Shown here: positions 9,504-19,255 of the stretch, one piece after another
How the letters are laid out: each line of letters begins with the position of its first letter
Position numbering within the stretch: the first letter of the stretch is position 1
Source: a virus
Taxonomy: Duplodnaviria > Caudoviricetes
Strand: one strand, 5' to 3'
IMG/VR virus record: IMGVR_UViG_3300003369_000002
Location: 1-50,627 of that record
Length of the DNA stretch: 50,627 nt
Position numbers and translations under genes: made by a program
Notes under the pieces: generated by a model
The model's input: the letters and a program-made list of their open reading frames with translations, nothing else
Databases searched by the model: none
Told to the model about the DNA's origin: nothing

Positions 9504-10250
9504 ATGGGTAAATTTATAGACTTAACTGGGAAAAGATTTGGGAAATTAGTTGTAATAGGTAGAGCAGAAAACTATGTTGCCCCACTTGGACATATAACTC
9601 CTCAATGGTATTGCAATTGTGATTGTGGGACGAAGAATATTATAATCATAAGGAATAGCTTAAAATCAGGTAATACAACAAGTTGTGGATGTGCCAGAAG
9701 AGAAATATGTTCAGCTATAGGTAAAATGTCATCTAAACAAAATAAATATGATTTAGATGGAACCTATGGAATTGGATATACTCTCAAGAATCAACCTTTT
9801 TATTTTGATTTGGAGGATTATGATAAAATAAAAGGTTATTGTTGGGGCTATGATAAAAATATGTATGTAAAGGCTAGGAATGGCAATAAGACAATAAAGA
9901 TGCACAGATTAGTAATGAATGCAAAACAAGAATGTGATGTAGACCATATATATCATATTACTTACGATAATAGAAAAGATAAACTTAGAATTGTAACAGA
10001 TAGTCAAAACGAAATGAACTCAATAACTCCTAAAAATAATTCAAGTGGAACAAAAGGAGTTAGTTGGGATAAGAAAAGTCAAGAGTGGCATTCTAGTATA
10101 ATGACAAGAGGGGACAGGCTACATAAATTCTTTAAAAATAAAGAAGATGCAATTGAATGGAGAAAAAAGAAGGAAATCGAATTACATGGAGATTATGCCA
10201 TTAAAGATATACCTATATTAAATAATATCATAAAGATGGTGAACATATGA
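9504..10250 (+). CDS. Free-standing HNH homing endonuclease with AP2-like C-terminus
   Basis: DLTGKRFGKLVV, W.C.CDCG, TTSCGC, MHRLVM, VDHI....DNRK..LR, N.SG.KGV.W. Confidence 0.85.
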   Translation: MGKFIDLTGKRFGKLVVIGRAENYVAPLGHITPQWYCNCDCGTKNIIIIRNSLKSGNTTSCGCARREICSAIGKMSSKQNKYDLDGTYGIGYTLKNQPFYFDLEDYDKIKGYCWGYDKNMYVKARNGNKTIKMHRLVMNAKQECDVDHIYHITYDNRKDKLRIVTDSQNEMNSITPKNNSSGTKGVSWDKKSQEWHSSIMTRGDRLHKFFKNKEDAIEWRKKKEIELHGDYAIKDIPILNNIIKMVNI

Positions 10251-11878
10251 AAAAGGATTGGCAGATAATAAATCCTAGTCCGAAGGGAAATCTTATTCAA
10301 CTACTTTTAGAGGGAAGGAACATAAAAGATCCAGTCCATTTCCTTCAACCTTTAGAATCTGATATGTTACCCTATGAGGATTTGTCTGATATTAAAGAAG
10401 CTGCTGACTTAGTTCTCAAGGCAATCGAAGAGGGATGGTATATTCATATTCTTGCAGATGTAGATTTAGACGGTGTAGCTTCAAACAGTATGCTTTATAG
10501 ATACCTAACTGGTTTTACCAATAGAGTTACATGGTCAATTAACGTAGGTAAAAAACATGGATTAAATATGAAAGACTTACCTTCTTATATTGGAAAATAC
10601 CAATTAGTAATTGCTGTAGATTCATCTAGTGATAGTTGTGCTGAACAGAAATACTTAATTGACAATGGTATTCAAGTTATAGTATTAGATCATCATCCTA
10701 TAAAAAAGAAAGGAACTGCAATAATTGTAAACTCACAGTTAAACGGATATAAAAATCCTGCACTTGCTGGTTCCGGTGTAACCTTTAAATTTATTAAGTA
10801 TTTAGATTTCTTACAAGGTACTACGGGAGCTGAAGAGTTTTATGACTTAGCTGCATCAGGAATTATAGGAGATATGCAAGATGTATCAGAAGACAGTCCA
10901 GAAAACAGATATATTTGTTCAATGGGATTTAGTCATCTAATTAATCCAGGACTTAAAGAGCTGGTAGGTAAATACACATTCAATGGGACTTGTATTTCAT
11001 TTTCTATAGCACCAATGATTAATGCCGGTGTCCGTACTAAACATGGAGAATTATCAGCACAGTTGTTATTAGAGGATGATAAGAAAAAAGTAAAAAAAAT
11101 AATAGTAGAACTTACAGAATTGAAAGAAATTCAAAATATCCAAAAGGAAAGATTAGTAGAGGAATTAGAAATCGAAATTAAAGAAAAAAATATGATAAAT
11201 GATAAAGTTATGGGATTTTTAATATCTAATAGAGATGGTGCAATGGAAGCAGATATTACAGGCCTTGTAGGAAATGTTTTATCAGCAAAGTATGATTGCT
11301 TGGTTATAATAGTTCATCCTACTGAGAAGGAAGGAGTCCTCAAAGGAAGTATTCGTGGAAATGGAATTCCTGACTTTAAAGAGTTTGTATCTGATACTAA
11401 ACTTGTTATTTTCTGTGAAGGCCATCCTGGAGCAGCAGGTATATCGCTATATGAATCTAAATGGAGTGAATTAATAACTACTTTAAATAAACAACTAGAG
11501 GGTACAGAGCTGACAATAACAAGTAATGCTGATATGATCTTAAAACCAAAAGAGCTAACAATGCCATTGATTAAAAAGATTGAGTTCATAAATATGATCT
11601 CAGGCAAAGGCTTTTCACCAATAAATATTGTAATAGAAGGATTAGAAGCTACCGGAATTACCACAATGAAAAAAGTACATTCAAAATTCGTAGCAGATTC
11701 GATTGAGTTTATCCAATGGAACAGTGATCTCAGTGAGAGATTGAAGTGTGGTACTGGAATTTACAAAACTATTAATGTAGTAGGTACTCCAGGAATATCT
11801 AACTTTATGGGAAAGACAGCAAGACAAATTATTATTAAGGATACTATTATAGAAAATCATTTAGAGTTCTTTCGTTAA
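10247..11878 (+). CDS. recJ: RecJ-like ssDNA exonuclease (DHH family)
   Basis: DVDLDG, AVD, LDHH, LAGSGV, IIGD, PMINA..R, KGSIR, GHPGAAG. Confidence 0.9.
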   Translation: MKKDWQIINPSPKGNLIQLLLEGRNIKDPVHFLQPLESDMLPYEDLSDIKEAADLVLKAIEEGWYIHILADVDLDGVASNSMLYRYLTGFTNRVTWSINVGKKHGLNMKDLPSYIGKYQLVIAVDSSSDSCAEQKYLIDNGIQVIVLDHHPIKKKGTAIIVNSQLNGYKNPALAGSGVTFKFIKYLDFLQGTTGAEEFYDLAASGIIGDMQDVSEDSPENRYICSMGFSHLINPGLKELVGKYTFNGTCISFSIAPMINAGVRTKHGELSAQLLLEDDKKKVKKIIVELTELKEIQNIQKERLVEELEIEIKEKNMINDKVMGFLISNRDGAMEADITGLVGNVLSAKYDCLVIIVHPTEKEGVLKGSIRGNGIPDFKEFVSDTKLVIFCEGHPGAAGISLYESKWSELITTLNKQLEGTELTITSNADMILKPKELTMPLIKKIEFINMISGKGFSPINIVIEGLEATGITTMKKVHSKFVADSIEFIQWNSDLSERLKCGTGIYKTINVVGTPGISNFMGKTARQIIIKDTIIENHLEFFR

Positions 11879-11904
11879 ATTAAATAATATTATAGGAGGT
11901 TAAT

Positions 11905-12123
11905 ATGGAATTAGAAAAGGGTATGATGTTTGATGAAATAGTTAGTTGGGCTGTAAAACGTATGAACGATAGGATTACTGATAGTGTAATGAACTCTCTT
12001 ATAAATAGTTTCGCTGAAATCAAAATTCCTATTGATAGTTATTCTCAAAATAAGTTAATGAGTACTGTTTTAGAAGATGTTGTAAAAGGTAAGAGAATCA
12101 ATACAAAGTTAAATATAATCTAA
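11905..12123 (+). CDS. Hypothetical protein
   Basis: RBS AGGAGG. Confidence 0.6.
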   Translation: MELEKGMMFDEIVSWAVKRMNDRITDSVMNSLINSFAEIKIPIDSYSQNKLMSTVLEDVVKGKRINTKLNII

Positions 12124-12158
12124 TCAAAAGTATCTTTTATACGAAAGGACTGGTCGTT

Positions 12159-12890
12159 ATCGAAGACATAGAATTAATAAATGGAGAATGTTTAGAAGAA
12201 ATGGAGAAACTTATCCAACAAGGCATAAAAGCTAAGTTAATTTTAACTGATATTCCTTATGGTACAACAAAATGTAAATGGGATGCTGTAATACCTTTAG
12301 ATATAATGTGGGACAGAATAAATGCTATGAGTTATGATAATACACCTGCAGTATTATTTGCACAGACACCATTTGATAAAGTACTAGGTTGTAGTAATTT
12401 ACAGAATTTAAAGTATGAATGGATATGGGAAAAGACTGCAGCAACTGGTTTTCAAAATGCAAAGAAAATGCCAATGAAAGCACATGAGAATATTTTGGTA
12501 TTCTATAAGAAGCTTCCCACTTATAATTTTCAAAAGACTGCAGGGCACGAAAGAAAAATTAGTAAGGCAGAATCTAAAGTTAATTGTAAAGATAGTGATT
12601 GCTATAATGCAAATACTCAGCTAACTACTTATGATAGTACCGAAAGATATCCTAGAGATGTACAATTATTTAAGAGTGATAAACAAACTTGTAATTTACA
12701 TCCGACACAGAAGCCATTAGCTTTAATGGAATATTTAATTAAGACTTATACAAATGAAAGAGATTTAGTCTTAGATTTTACTATGGGCTCAGGGACAACT
12801 GGATTAGCATGTAAAAATCTAAATAGAAAATTCATAGGCATTGAATTAGATAAGAAATATTTTGATATTGCAACTGAAAGAATTTCTTAA
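12159..12890 (+). CDS. N6-adenine/N4-cytosine DNA methyltransferase (beta class), probable ATC start
   Basis: LILTDIPYG, HENILVFY, HPTQKP, VLDFTMGSGTTG, FIGIELD. The family N-terminus (DIELINGECLEEM) lies in frame upstream of the track's ATG 12201. Confidence 0.85.
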   Translation: MEDIELINGECLEEMEKLIQQGIKAKLILTDIPYGTTKCKWDAVIPLDIMWDRINAMSYDNTPAVLFAQTPFDKVLGCSNLQNLKYEWIWEKTAATGFQNAKKMPMKAHENILVFYKKLPTYNFQKTAGHERKISKAESKVNCKDSDCYNANTQLTTYDSTERYPRDVQLFKSDKQTCNLHPTQKPLALMEYLIKTYTNERDLVLDFTMGSGTTGLACKNLNRKFIGIELDKKYFDIATERIS

Positions 12891-12896
12891 AATTAC

Positions 12897-12925
12897 TTGC
12901 ATAATAAATAGTATTGTAGTATTAT
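12897..12925 (+). promoter_or_regulatory. SigA-type promoter with the 13-mer in its spacer
   Basis: TTGCAT-17 bp-TATTAT; -35 and spacer identical to the promoter at 3964. Confidence 0.7.
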
Positions 12926-12956
12926 AAGAGGGTAGACAAAATCTTAACCGAAAGGA

Positions 12957-13235
12957 GTGATGTATCAAATGTCAAAACATAGTTATGAAGATACCCTTAT
13001 AGTAATAGCTGTTCTTGAAAAAGATGGTAAGACACCAAAGGATTCACATCAGTATAGAGTTGGTAAAATTGGAAAGATTCAAAATCTAAATGTTAGTACA
13101 CCTATGTTCTTTGAATATTCAGATGGACATGGAACTCTTATGACTAGCAACGTTGAAAACTTTGAAGAAACGAACAATGGTGTAACGGTAACTACTAGAA
13201 ATGCAATTTATCAGCTAAAAGACTTCAACGAGTAG
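12957..13235 (+). CDS. Hypothetical protein
   Basis: RBS GAAAGGAG; start may be 12969. Confidence 0.65.
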   Translation: MMYQMSKHSYEDTLIVIAVLEKDGKTPKDSHQYRVGKIGKIQNLNVSTPMFFEYSDGHGTLMTSNVENFEETNNGVTVTTRNAIYQLKDFNE

Positions 13236-13295
13236 ACATCTTATAAAATTTTAGTTTTATATTAAATAATATTATATTGAAAGGAGAAAAGGTTT

Positions 13296-14117
13296 ATGAA
13301 AGGTAAAAAATTATCAATGGAGGAAGTTCTACAATTAGAGGATGGTACAAAGGTAGTCTTAGATACTGATGATAAATCTAACATCTTAGGTGTGAAAACT
13401 GGTTCGGATTTAATCACAGAAGAGGGTAGTTACTATAACGTAAATAAAACTACATGGGAAATATTTAATAGACAGGCATATGATTATGAGGAGGAGATTA
13501 TATTGAAACATAAAGTTGGAGATCAAGTAAGAATCAAAGAGGATTTGATACAAGGTTATGTAGACGGAACTGATTATGATATTTTTATTAATGGAGAAAT
13601 GATAAGCCTTGGCGGTAAAGTAGCTAAAATTACAAGACTACTTACAACTAAATATGATTATGCACTAGATATAGATGAAGGAAGATACTCTTGGAGCGAA
13701 GAGATGATAGAAGATTATGAGGAGGTCGTTACAATGAAAGAATTAAAGGGTTGGGAAGTTCTTAAAATGATTGACAGAAAAGAGTTGAAGGAAGGAGATA
13801 AATTACTCGGAGATAATGGAATGACTTATCTCGTAAAGGATCATATGGCTGGAAATTTAGCATTAGGATATATGAATGAAGAAGGTTATCCTGTATCTCC
13901 AGCGTTACAAATTAGAACCTTTACTGTATTGAAATTTGAACCTATACCAGTTCCTTTCATGGAAGCAGCTCAAGCCAAGCAAGATGGTAAAGATATTTAT
14001 TGTATAATCGGTAGTAGCAGATATGATTTTAAAGTTAACGGAGCTGGAGTTCTTATTGATGAAGATGGTTCAGTAAACATGAAACAAATTTTAGAAGGCA
14101 AATGGTATATTAAATAG
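13296..14117 (+). CDS. Modular hypothetical protein with two internal RBS/start sites
   Basis: RBS GAAAGGAG; internal GAGGAGG plus TTG 13503 and GAGGAGG plus ATG 13734, both in frame. Confidence 0.65.
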   Translation: MKGKKLSMEEVLQLEDGTKVVLDTDDKSNILGVKTGSDLITEEGSYYNVNKTTWEIFNRQAYDYEEEIILKHKVGDQVRIKEDLIQGYVDGTDYDIFINGEMISLGGKVAKITRLLTTKYDYALDIDEGRYSWSEEMIEDYEEVVTMKELKGWEVLKMIDRKELKEGDKLLGDNGMTYLVKDHMAGNLALGYMNEEGYPVSPALQIRTFTVLKFEPIPVPFMEAAQAKQDGKDIYCIIGSSRYDFKVNGAGVLIDEDGSVNMKQILEGKWYIK

Positions 14118-14139
14118 TATTGTATAAGGAGGACTTATT

Positions 14140-14331
14140 GTGAATAAAAGAGTATGTAAAGTATTAAAAAATAATGACTGGATAGAGATTGAATTTAAAG
14201 ATCTAAAAGAAAATGACATCTTCAAGCTACAGGATTATGGAGAAGTAATATATCAAGATGGAACAAAGAAAGATGTAGCTTTATGTGATGCTTATATAAA
14301 TGAAAATGGTATATGGTCTGTAGAAGTTTAA
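14140..14331 (+). CDS. Hypothetical protein
   Basis: RBS AAGGAGG, GTG start. Confidence 0.6.
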   Translation: MNKRVCKVLKNNDWIEIEFKDLKENDIFKLQDYGEVIYQDGTKKDVALCDAYINENGIWSVEV

Positions 14332-14371
14332 TTTAAAATGAAAATTTTAATAGAAAGGAGATTGTCAGTAA

Positions 14372-14722
14372 ATGACTAAGAAATGTGAACACAAATTTAA
14401 ACCATACGCAACTATAAATTATACTGTTTATATAAGTGAATATGATGATGGTAGTTATGGATGGATATTTCAAGATAAGATTTATGAATGTGAGGATTGT
14501 TACGCAAAAAGAATAGTGACAAGAGCATGTGAGACATCTAATAGAGAACCTTTGTGGGTTGGTATGGCAGAAGGTAAAGTTATTGTTAATATAGTTAACT
14601 CAGAGATTTGGACGCTATTAAAAGAGAGAAAATTAGATAATCCAGAATATCCAGAAATTAATTTAGATGATTTAACAAGAGATGGTAAAACTGTAATCTA
14701 TGACAAAATATTAAAATATTAA
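14372..14722 (+). CDS. Hypothetical protein (possible zinc ribbon)
   Basis: CEH...CEDC; bracketed by sites 14334 and 14735. Confidence 0.65.
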   Translation: MTKKCEHKFKPYATINYTVYISEYDDGSYGWIFQDKIYECEDCYAKRIVTRACETSNREPLWVGMAEGKVIVNIVNSEIWTLLKERKLDNPEYPEINLDDLTRDGKTVIYDKILKY

Positions 14723-14770
14723 AATTATCTAACTTAAAATCTCAATTTTAAAAGAAGGGAGAAATAAGTA

Positions 14771-14974
14771 ATGTTTAAAACATATTCAGATTATTTTGTT
14801 TTATACTCAACGATAGGAAGAGGTAAATACGGTACTTATAGAGGAGAAGAGACTGATGATATTGCTTTTGCTAAACCATTTAAAAGTAAGGAAGAAGCAA
14901 AACAATTTAGAGAAAGATGTTTTAGTCTACATTCTTTTGATGTTGTATCTATTTCTGCACAGTATGATTTTTAA
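14771..14974 (+). CDS. Hypothetical protein
   Basis: RBS GAAGGGAG; AKPFKSKEEA. Confidence 0.6.
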   Translation: MFKTYSDYFVLYSTIGRGKYGTYRGEETDDIAFAKPFKSKEEAKQFRERCFSLHSFDVVSISAQYDF

Positions 14975-15003
14975 AATTTATAATTCAGGAAAGGAAACAT
15001 ATC

Positions 15004-15159
15004 ATGTTCAAGAAATTTTTTAAGAAGTTAGAAAATGATTATTGGAAAGATAAGAAATGTACTACTAGATGTACAGATAATATTGATGGATTATGTTGCA
15101 ATGTTCATCTGTGCATGGCTAGAAACTGTAACAATAAAAATATCAGAATAGGTAGGTAA
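15004..15159 (+). CDS. Small Cys-rich protein (51 aa; not in ORF track)
   Basis: RBS GAAAGGA; MFKKFFKK...six Cys. Confidence 0.5.
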   Translation: MFKKFFKKLENDYWKDKKCTTRCTDNIDGLCCNVHLCMARNCNNKNIRIGR

Positions 15160-15211
15160 TTTAACATTTAATATAAAACTTAATTTTTATTAGACATAAT
15201 GGGAGGTATTT

Positions 15212-17359
15212 ATGAAAGTAATTAAAAAGAATGGTTTACAAGAGGATTTCGATTTCTCTAAAATACTTAAAGCCGTACAGAAATCTGCTGACAGAGTGGG
15301 CAAAGTAATAGGCAAAGATTTTACGTCTGCGAGGTTATATTTAGAGATTAAATCAATAATGGAAGACAAACAAGTAAAAATAGCAACCGTAGCTGAAATA
15401 CATGAGATAGTACAAGTTGCTTTATATCGTATAGACAACGATGTATTTAAAGAATATCAAAGTTATAGGGATTATAAAAAGAGATTTACAAACGTATTTA
15501 ATGATCTTGTAGAAGATAGTAACCGGATAGTGTATTCAGGAGATAAAGAAAATGCTAATAAAAATAGTCTCTTGGTAAGCACTAAAAAAGGATTATTAGT
15601 TAATGAATTATCAAAGCAAATAATGCTTGAATATGAACTTCCTAAAGTCTTGGCTCAAGCACATAAAGATGGAGATATATATTATCATGATTTAGGAGAT
15701 AGATTATTTAATGGAATTAATTGTAATCTATTTGATATGGCTAATCTCTTGAAGGATGGATTTGAGTTAAATGGTATTCAGTATACAGAACCTACAAGTG
15801 CTGAATCATTTATGAGAGTATTCTCAGATATTATCCTGGAAGCAAGCTCACAGCAATATGGTGGATTTACTATTGCTCAGATAGATGATGTTGGGGAACC
15901 TTATGTTAAGAAGGCTTTAATAAAATCTAAGAAATACTATACAGAGCAGCTTAATGGTCTTATATCGGAAGAAAAGATTATTGACTTAGCTGAAAAGTAT
16001 GTAGAGAGGGCATTAGAACAAGGATTTCAGGCCGTAGAAACAAGATTAAACACAATTAGTAACAGTAACACTCAAACTCCTTTCGTTGATATGACCTTTG
16101 GGTTAAATACTACAAAAGAAGGGCGAATGATTTCTAAAGCAATTTTAGACAATAGAATAACCGGATTAGGTAGACAACACCTTACTCCAGTTTTCCCAAA
16201 ACTTGTATTTCTACATAGAGATGGAATCAACGGACAAGAAGGAGATCCTAACTATGATTTATATGAGTTATCAGTTAATTGCATGATGACAAGAATGTAT
16301 CCTGACCAACTTTCATTAGATGCTGGATATCTAGGAAAAATGTTTGACAAGTATGGATTAGCAGTATCACCTATGGGATGTAGAGCTTTCCTTAGTCCTT
16401 GGTATGTAAAGGGTGGTATAAATCCATTAGATGAAACTGATGTACCTATATTCATTGGTAGAGCTAACTGTGGAGCTGTCACATTAAATACAGTTAGATA
16501 TGCCATAGAAGCTAAAGGTGACGAGAAGATTTATTTTGAATTATTAGAAAAGAATTTTAACTTAGCAACTCAAGTACATCTATGGACTTATGAAAAATTA
16601 AAAGATGTTAAAGCTTCATCAAATCCACTATTCTTTTGTGAAGGTGGCTGTCATATCAAATTAGATTCTAATGATACAATCGAAGCTGCTATAAAAACAT
16701 TCACTTGGAGCTATGGTTATATAGGATTAGACGAAGCGAGTTATTCTATGACCGGAAAACATATACATGAGGACAACAGTTTTGCTATTAAAGTCCTTAC
16801 AAGGATAGAAGAATTAAAAAATAAAGCAATTAAGGAATATGATTTATTATTTGCTATTTATGGTACTCCGGCTGAAGGTCTTTGTTACAAAATGCTAGAT
16901 AAAGACAAAGAAAAATATGGAGAAATTCCAGGTGTAACAGATAAGAAATATTATATGAATAGTTTTCATGTAGATGTAAAAGCTCATATAAATCCGATCC
17001 AGAAACAAGATATAGAACTTCCAATGTTTAATTTATCTATCGGTGGTAGAATCCATTATTCAGAGTTTCCAACTACAAAGAATAAAAAAGCTATAAAGCA
17101 AATTATAGATGAAGGAATGAAGAAGGGATTATATGAAGGTATAAATCTTGAGTTAGATAATTGTGATGACTGCTACGCTGAAGGTGAATTTAAAGATGGA
17201 GTTTGTCCTAAATGCGGAAGTACAAATATAACTGAAATTGATAGAGTTTGTGGCTATCTAGGATATAAGAAACTCAAAGGAGATACAAGGTTCAATGTTG
17301 GTAAAGTAGCTGAAACAGATGATAGAGTAGATCATTTTGATTTTGAGGTAGAAATATGA
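15212..17359 (+). CDS. nrdD: Anaerobic (class III) ribonucleoside-triphosphate reductase
   Basis: N-terminal ATP cone, ENANKNS, GDIYYHDL, FPKLVF, MGCR, YGTPAE, CxxC...CPKCG, glycyl radical motif RVCGYLG. Confidence 0.95.
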   Translation: MKVIKKNGLQEDFDFSKILKAVQKSADRVGKVIGKDFTSARLYLEIKSIMEDKQVKIATVAEIHEIVQVALYRIDNDVFKEYQSYRDYKKRFTNVFNDLVEDSNRIVYSGDKENANKNSLLVSTKKGLLVNELSKQIMLEYELPKVLAQAHKDGDIYYHDLGDRLFNGINCNLFDMANLLKDGFELNGIQYTEPTSAESFMRVFSDIILEASSQQYGGFTIAQIDDVGEPYVKKALIKSKKYYTEQLNGLISEEKIIDLAEKYVERALEQGFQAVETRLNTISNSNTQTPFVDMTFGLNTTKEGRMISKAILDNRITGLGRQHLTPVFPKLVFLHRDGINGQEGDPNYDLYELSVNCMMTRMYPDQLSLDAGYLGKMFDKYGLAVSPMGCRAFLSPWYVKGGINPLDETDVPIFIGRANCGAVTLNTVRYAIEAKGDEKIYFELLEKNFNLATQVHLWTYEKLKDVKASSNPLFFCEGGCHIKLDSNDTIEAAIKTFTWSYGYIGLDEASYSMTGKHIHEDNSFAIKVLTRIEELKNKAIKEYDLLFAIYGTPAEGLCYKMLDKDKEKYGEIPGVTDKKYYMNSFHVDVKAHINPIQKQDIELPMFNLSIGGRIHYSEFPTTKNKKAIKQIIDEGMKKGLYEGINLELDNCDDCYAEGEFKDGVCPKCGSTNITEIDRVCGYLGYKKLKGDTRFNVGKVAETDDRVDHFDFEVEI

Positions 17360-17847
17360 AAATAACATCTATTAAGGATTTTGATATAAATAATGGAGAA
17401 GGAGTTAGAGTTAGTCTTTGGGTAAGTGGATGTCATTTTCATTGTGATGGCTGTCATGGTGAAGCATACTGGGAAACTAGTTCAGGTAAAGACTTTTCAG
17501 AAGATCATATAGATAAGATTATCAAGTTGCTGGAAAAAGATATCAGTAAAGATTTATCAATATTAGGTGGGGAGCCACTGGAGCCTTACAATATTCTTGG
17601 AGTTACTGAACTTTGTAAAATAATCAAAGAGGAATATCCCAGTAAAACAATTTGGGTATGGACGGGGAATATATTTGAGAATATTAAAGGTTTCGATGTT
17701 CTTAATTATGTTGATGTTTTGATTGATGGTCAATTTGTAAAATCTCTATATGACGAGAAATTAATGTGGAGAGGGAGTTCTAATCAGAGAGTCATAGACT
17801 GTAAAGAAAGTTTAAAACAAAATAAAGTTATTCTTTATACTAAATAG
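17356..17847 (+). CDS. nrdG: Anaerobic RNR activase (radical SAM)
   Basis: NGEGVRVSLWVSGCHFHCDGC (CxxxCxxC), LGGEP, DVLIDG, WRGSSNQR. Confidence 0.95.
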   Translation: MKITSIKDFDINNGEGVRVSLWVSGCHFHCDGCHGEAYWETSSGKDFSEDHIDKIIKLLEKDISKDLSILGGEPLEPYNILGVTELCKIIKEEYPSKTIWVWTGNIFENIKGFDVLNYVDVLIDGQFVKSLYDEKLMWRGSSNQRVIDCKESLKQNKVILYTK

Positions 17848-17897
17848 TATTGTAATATGGGCTGACAAATCCTACTGTCGTGAGGAGAAAAGGAAAT

Positions 17898-18467
17898 ATG
17901 AATATATTAAATGGAGAAAATGGAGAAATTACAGGAGAAGGATTTATAGGAAATTATAAAGGTACCCCAGTTATTAGAATTTATTTTGCAAAATTAAAGA
18001 GAGAAGCGATTATGCCTTCTAAAGAGGATGAAAACATGGCTTATGATATTTATGCGTGTTTTGATGAAGACGAAATATATATACAACCAGGAGAAATCAA
18101 ACTTATTCCAACAGGTATTATGTCAGCGTGTTCTGAGGATTATGGATTCATACTTAAAGAGAGAGGTTCGACTGGAACAAAAGGAATGTCTCAACGTTGC
18201 GGGGTCATAGATAGTGGCTATAGAGGGGAATGGTTCATTCCTATTAATAACACTACAAATAAGTCCATCATCATAACTAAAGATATTATAACGACACAAA
18301 GTCATTATGCTGAAGGAATTGTAACAATATATCCTGATACAAAAGCGATATGTCAGGCGTTATTAATACCAGTTCCTAAAACAGAGGTAGTAGAGATGAC
18401 GGTAACTGAAATGAAAAGAATTCCATCTAAAAGAGGTATGAGACATCTTGGAAGTTCAGGTAAATAA
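17898..18467 (+). CDS. dut: Trimeric dUTPase
   Basis: AYDI, IPTG, ERGS, GVIDSGYRGE, ICQ, RG..HLGSSG. Confidence 0.9.
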   Translation: MNILNGENGEITGEGFIGNYKGTPVIRIYFAKLKREAIMPSKEDENMAYDIYACFDEDEIYIQPGEIKLIPTGIMSACSEDYGFILKERGSTGTKGMSQRCGVIDSGYRGEWFIPINNTTNKSIIITKDIITTQSHYAEGIVTIYPDTKAICQALLIPVPKTEVVEMTVTEMKRIPSKRGMRHLGSSGK

Positions 18468-18521
18468 CTATCTTAAAATCGGGTTTTTATAATAACAAAA
18501 ATTTAGAGGAGGTCGTTATAA

Positions 18522-18920
18522 ATGTCGGTAAATGATACACCATGCGATTGTTGTGGAGAAGCAGTATATGAGGAATATGTAGCTAGTTGTTCTAAATGTG
18601 GGCATAGTCTATGCACTAGTTGCCTGATAAATGATGATTTAGATTCAAGGTACGCTTATGAATACAAAGTTAAATTTGATGGTACGAAAGAACAGAAGGA
18701 ATATTATGGGATACATGCCAAAGGAGAAGGAACTGGATATGGTTATGAAATAGGAGATATCATTGATGATGTAGGCATTGATTCAAAGTACTGTCCTTTC
18801 TGTAGTGGCACGGAAGTTCACAATGATGACTTACTAGATTTTGCACTAGATAAATATTTAAACATGTCAAAGGAAGAATTAACAGAAGCTTATCAAAAAT
18901 CTAAAGGAGGTCAAGTTTAA
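18522..18920 (+). CDS. Cys-rich zinc-binding hypothetical protein
   Basis: Four CxxC motifs; RBS GAGGAGG. Confidence 0.65.
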   Translation: MSVNDTPCDCCGEAVYEEYVASCSKCGHSLCTSCLINDDLDSRYAYEYKVKFDGTKEQKEYYGIHAKGEGTGYGYEIGDIIDDVGIDSKYCPFCSGTEVHNDDLLDFALDKYLNMSKEELTEAYQKSKGGQV

Positions 18921-19252
18921 TGAGTGTAGACTTTTTCGATTGTGAAGTGTGTGGAGAATCAGTTTGTGAATGTGGTGATTTTGAAAGGTGCGAATGTGGC
19001 AGAAAATGGTGTTCTTTAGAATGTGCTCAAACAGATGGATACGAAGAAGAACATTGTAAATTAGGGTATGAGGATAATGAAGCTTGTGAACAAGAATGTT
19101 GGGAATGTGAGAGTAACCAAGAACGATCTTGCAAATATTGTAGAGAAGATGACTTCGAAGATGATACATTATTAAAATTTGCATTGGAACGATTAGGTAT
19201 AAGTAGAGAGAAATTAATAGAAAATTACAAATTATCTAAAGGAGGATTATAA
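18920..19252 (+). CDS. Cys-rich zinc-binding hypothetical protein, paralog of previous gene
   Basis: MSVDFFDCEVCGE; C-terminus similar to the 18522 product. Confidence 0.65.
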   Translation: MSVDFFDCEVCGESVCECGDFERCECGRKWCSLECAQTDGYEEEHCKLGYEDNEACEQECWECESNQERSCKYCREDDFEDDTLLKFALERLGISREKLIENYKLSKGGL

Positions 19253-19255
19253 ATT

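Noticed and set aside
14972-14987. Extra palindromic site TAAAA-TTTATA-ATTCA at the stop of 14771..14974
   Set aside because: Two mismatches in AT-rich DNA; position fits but not counted.
15212-17359. Intron or intein in nrdD (also checked thyX, recJ and the visible part of dnaE)
   Set aside because: Frames are continuous with ordinary lengths and no intein terminal motifs.
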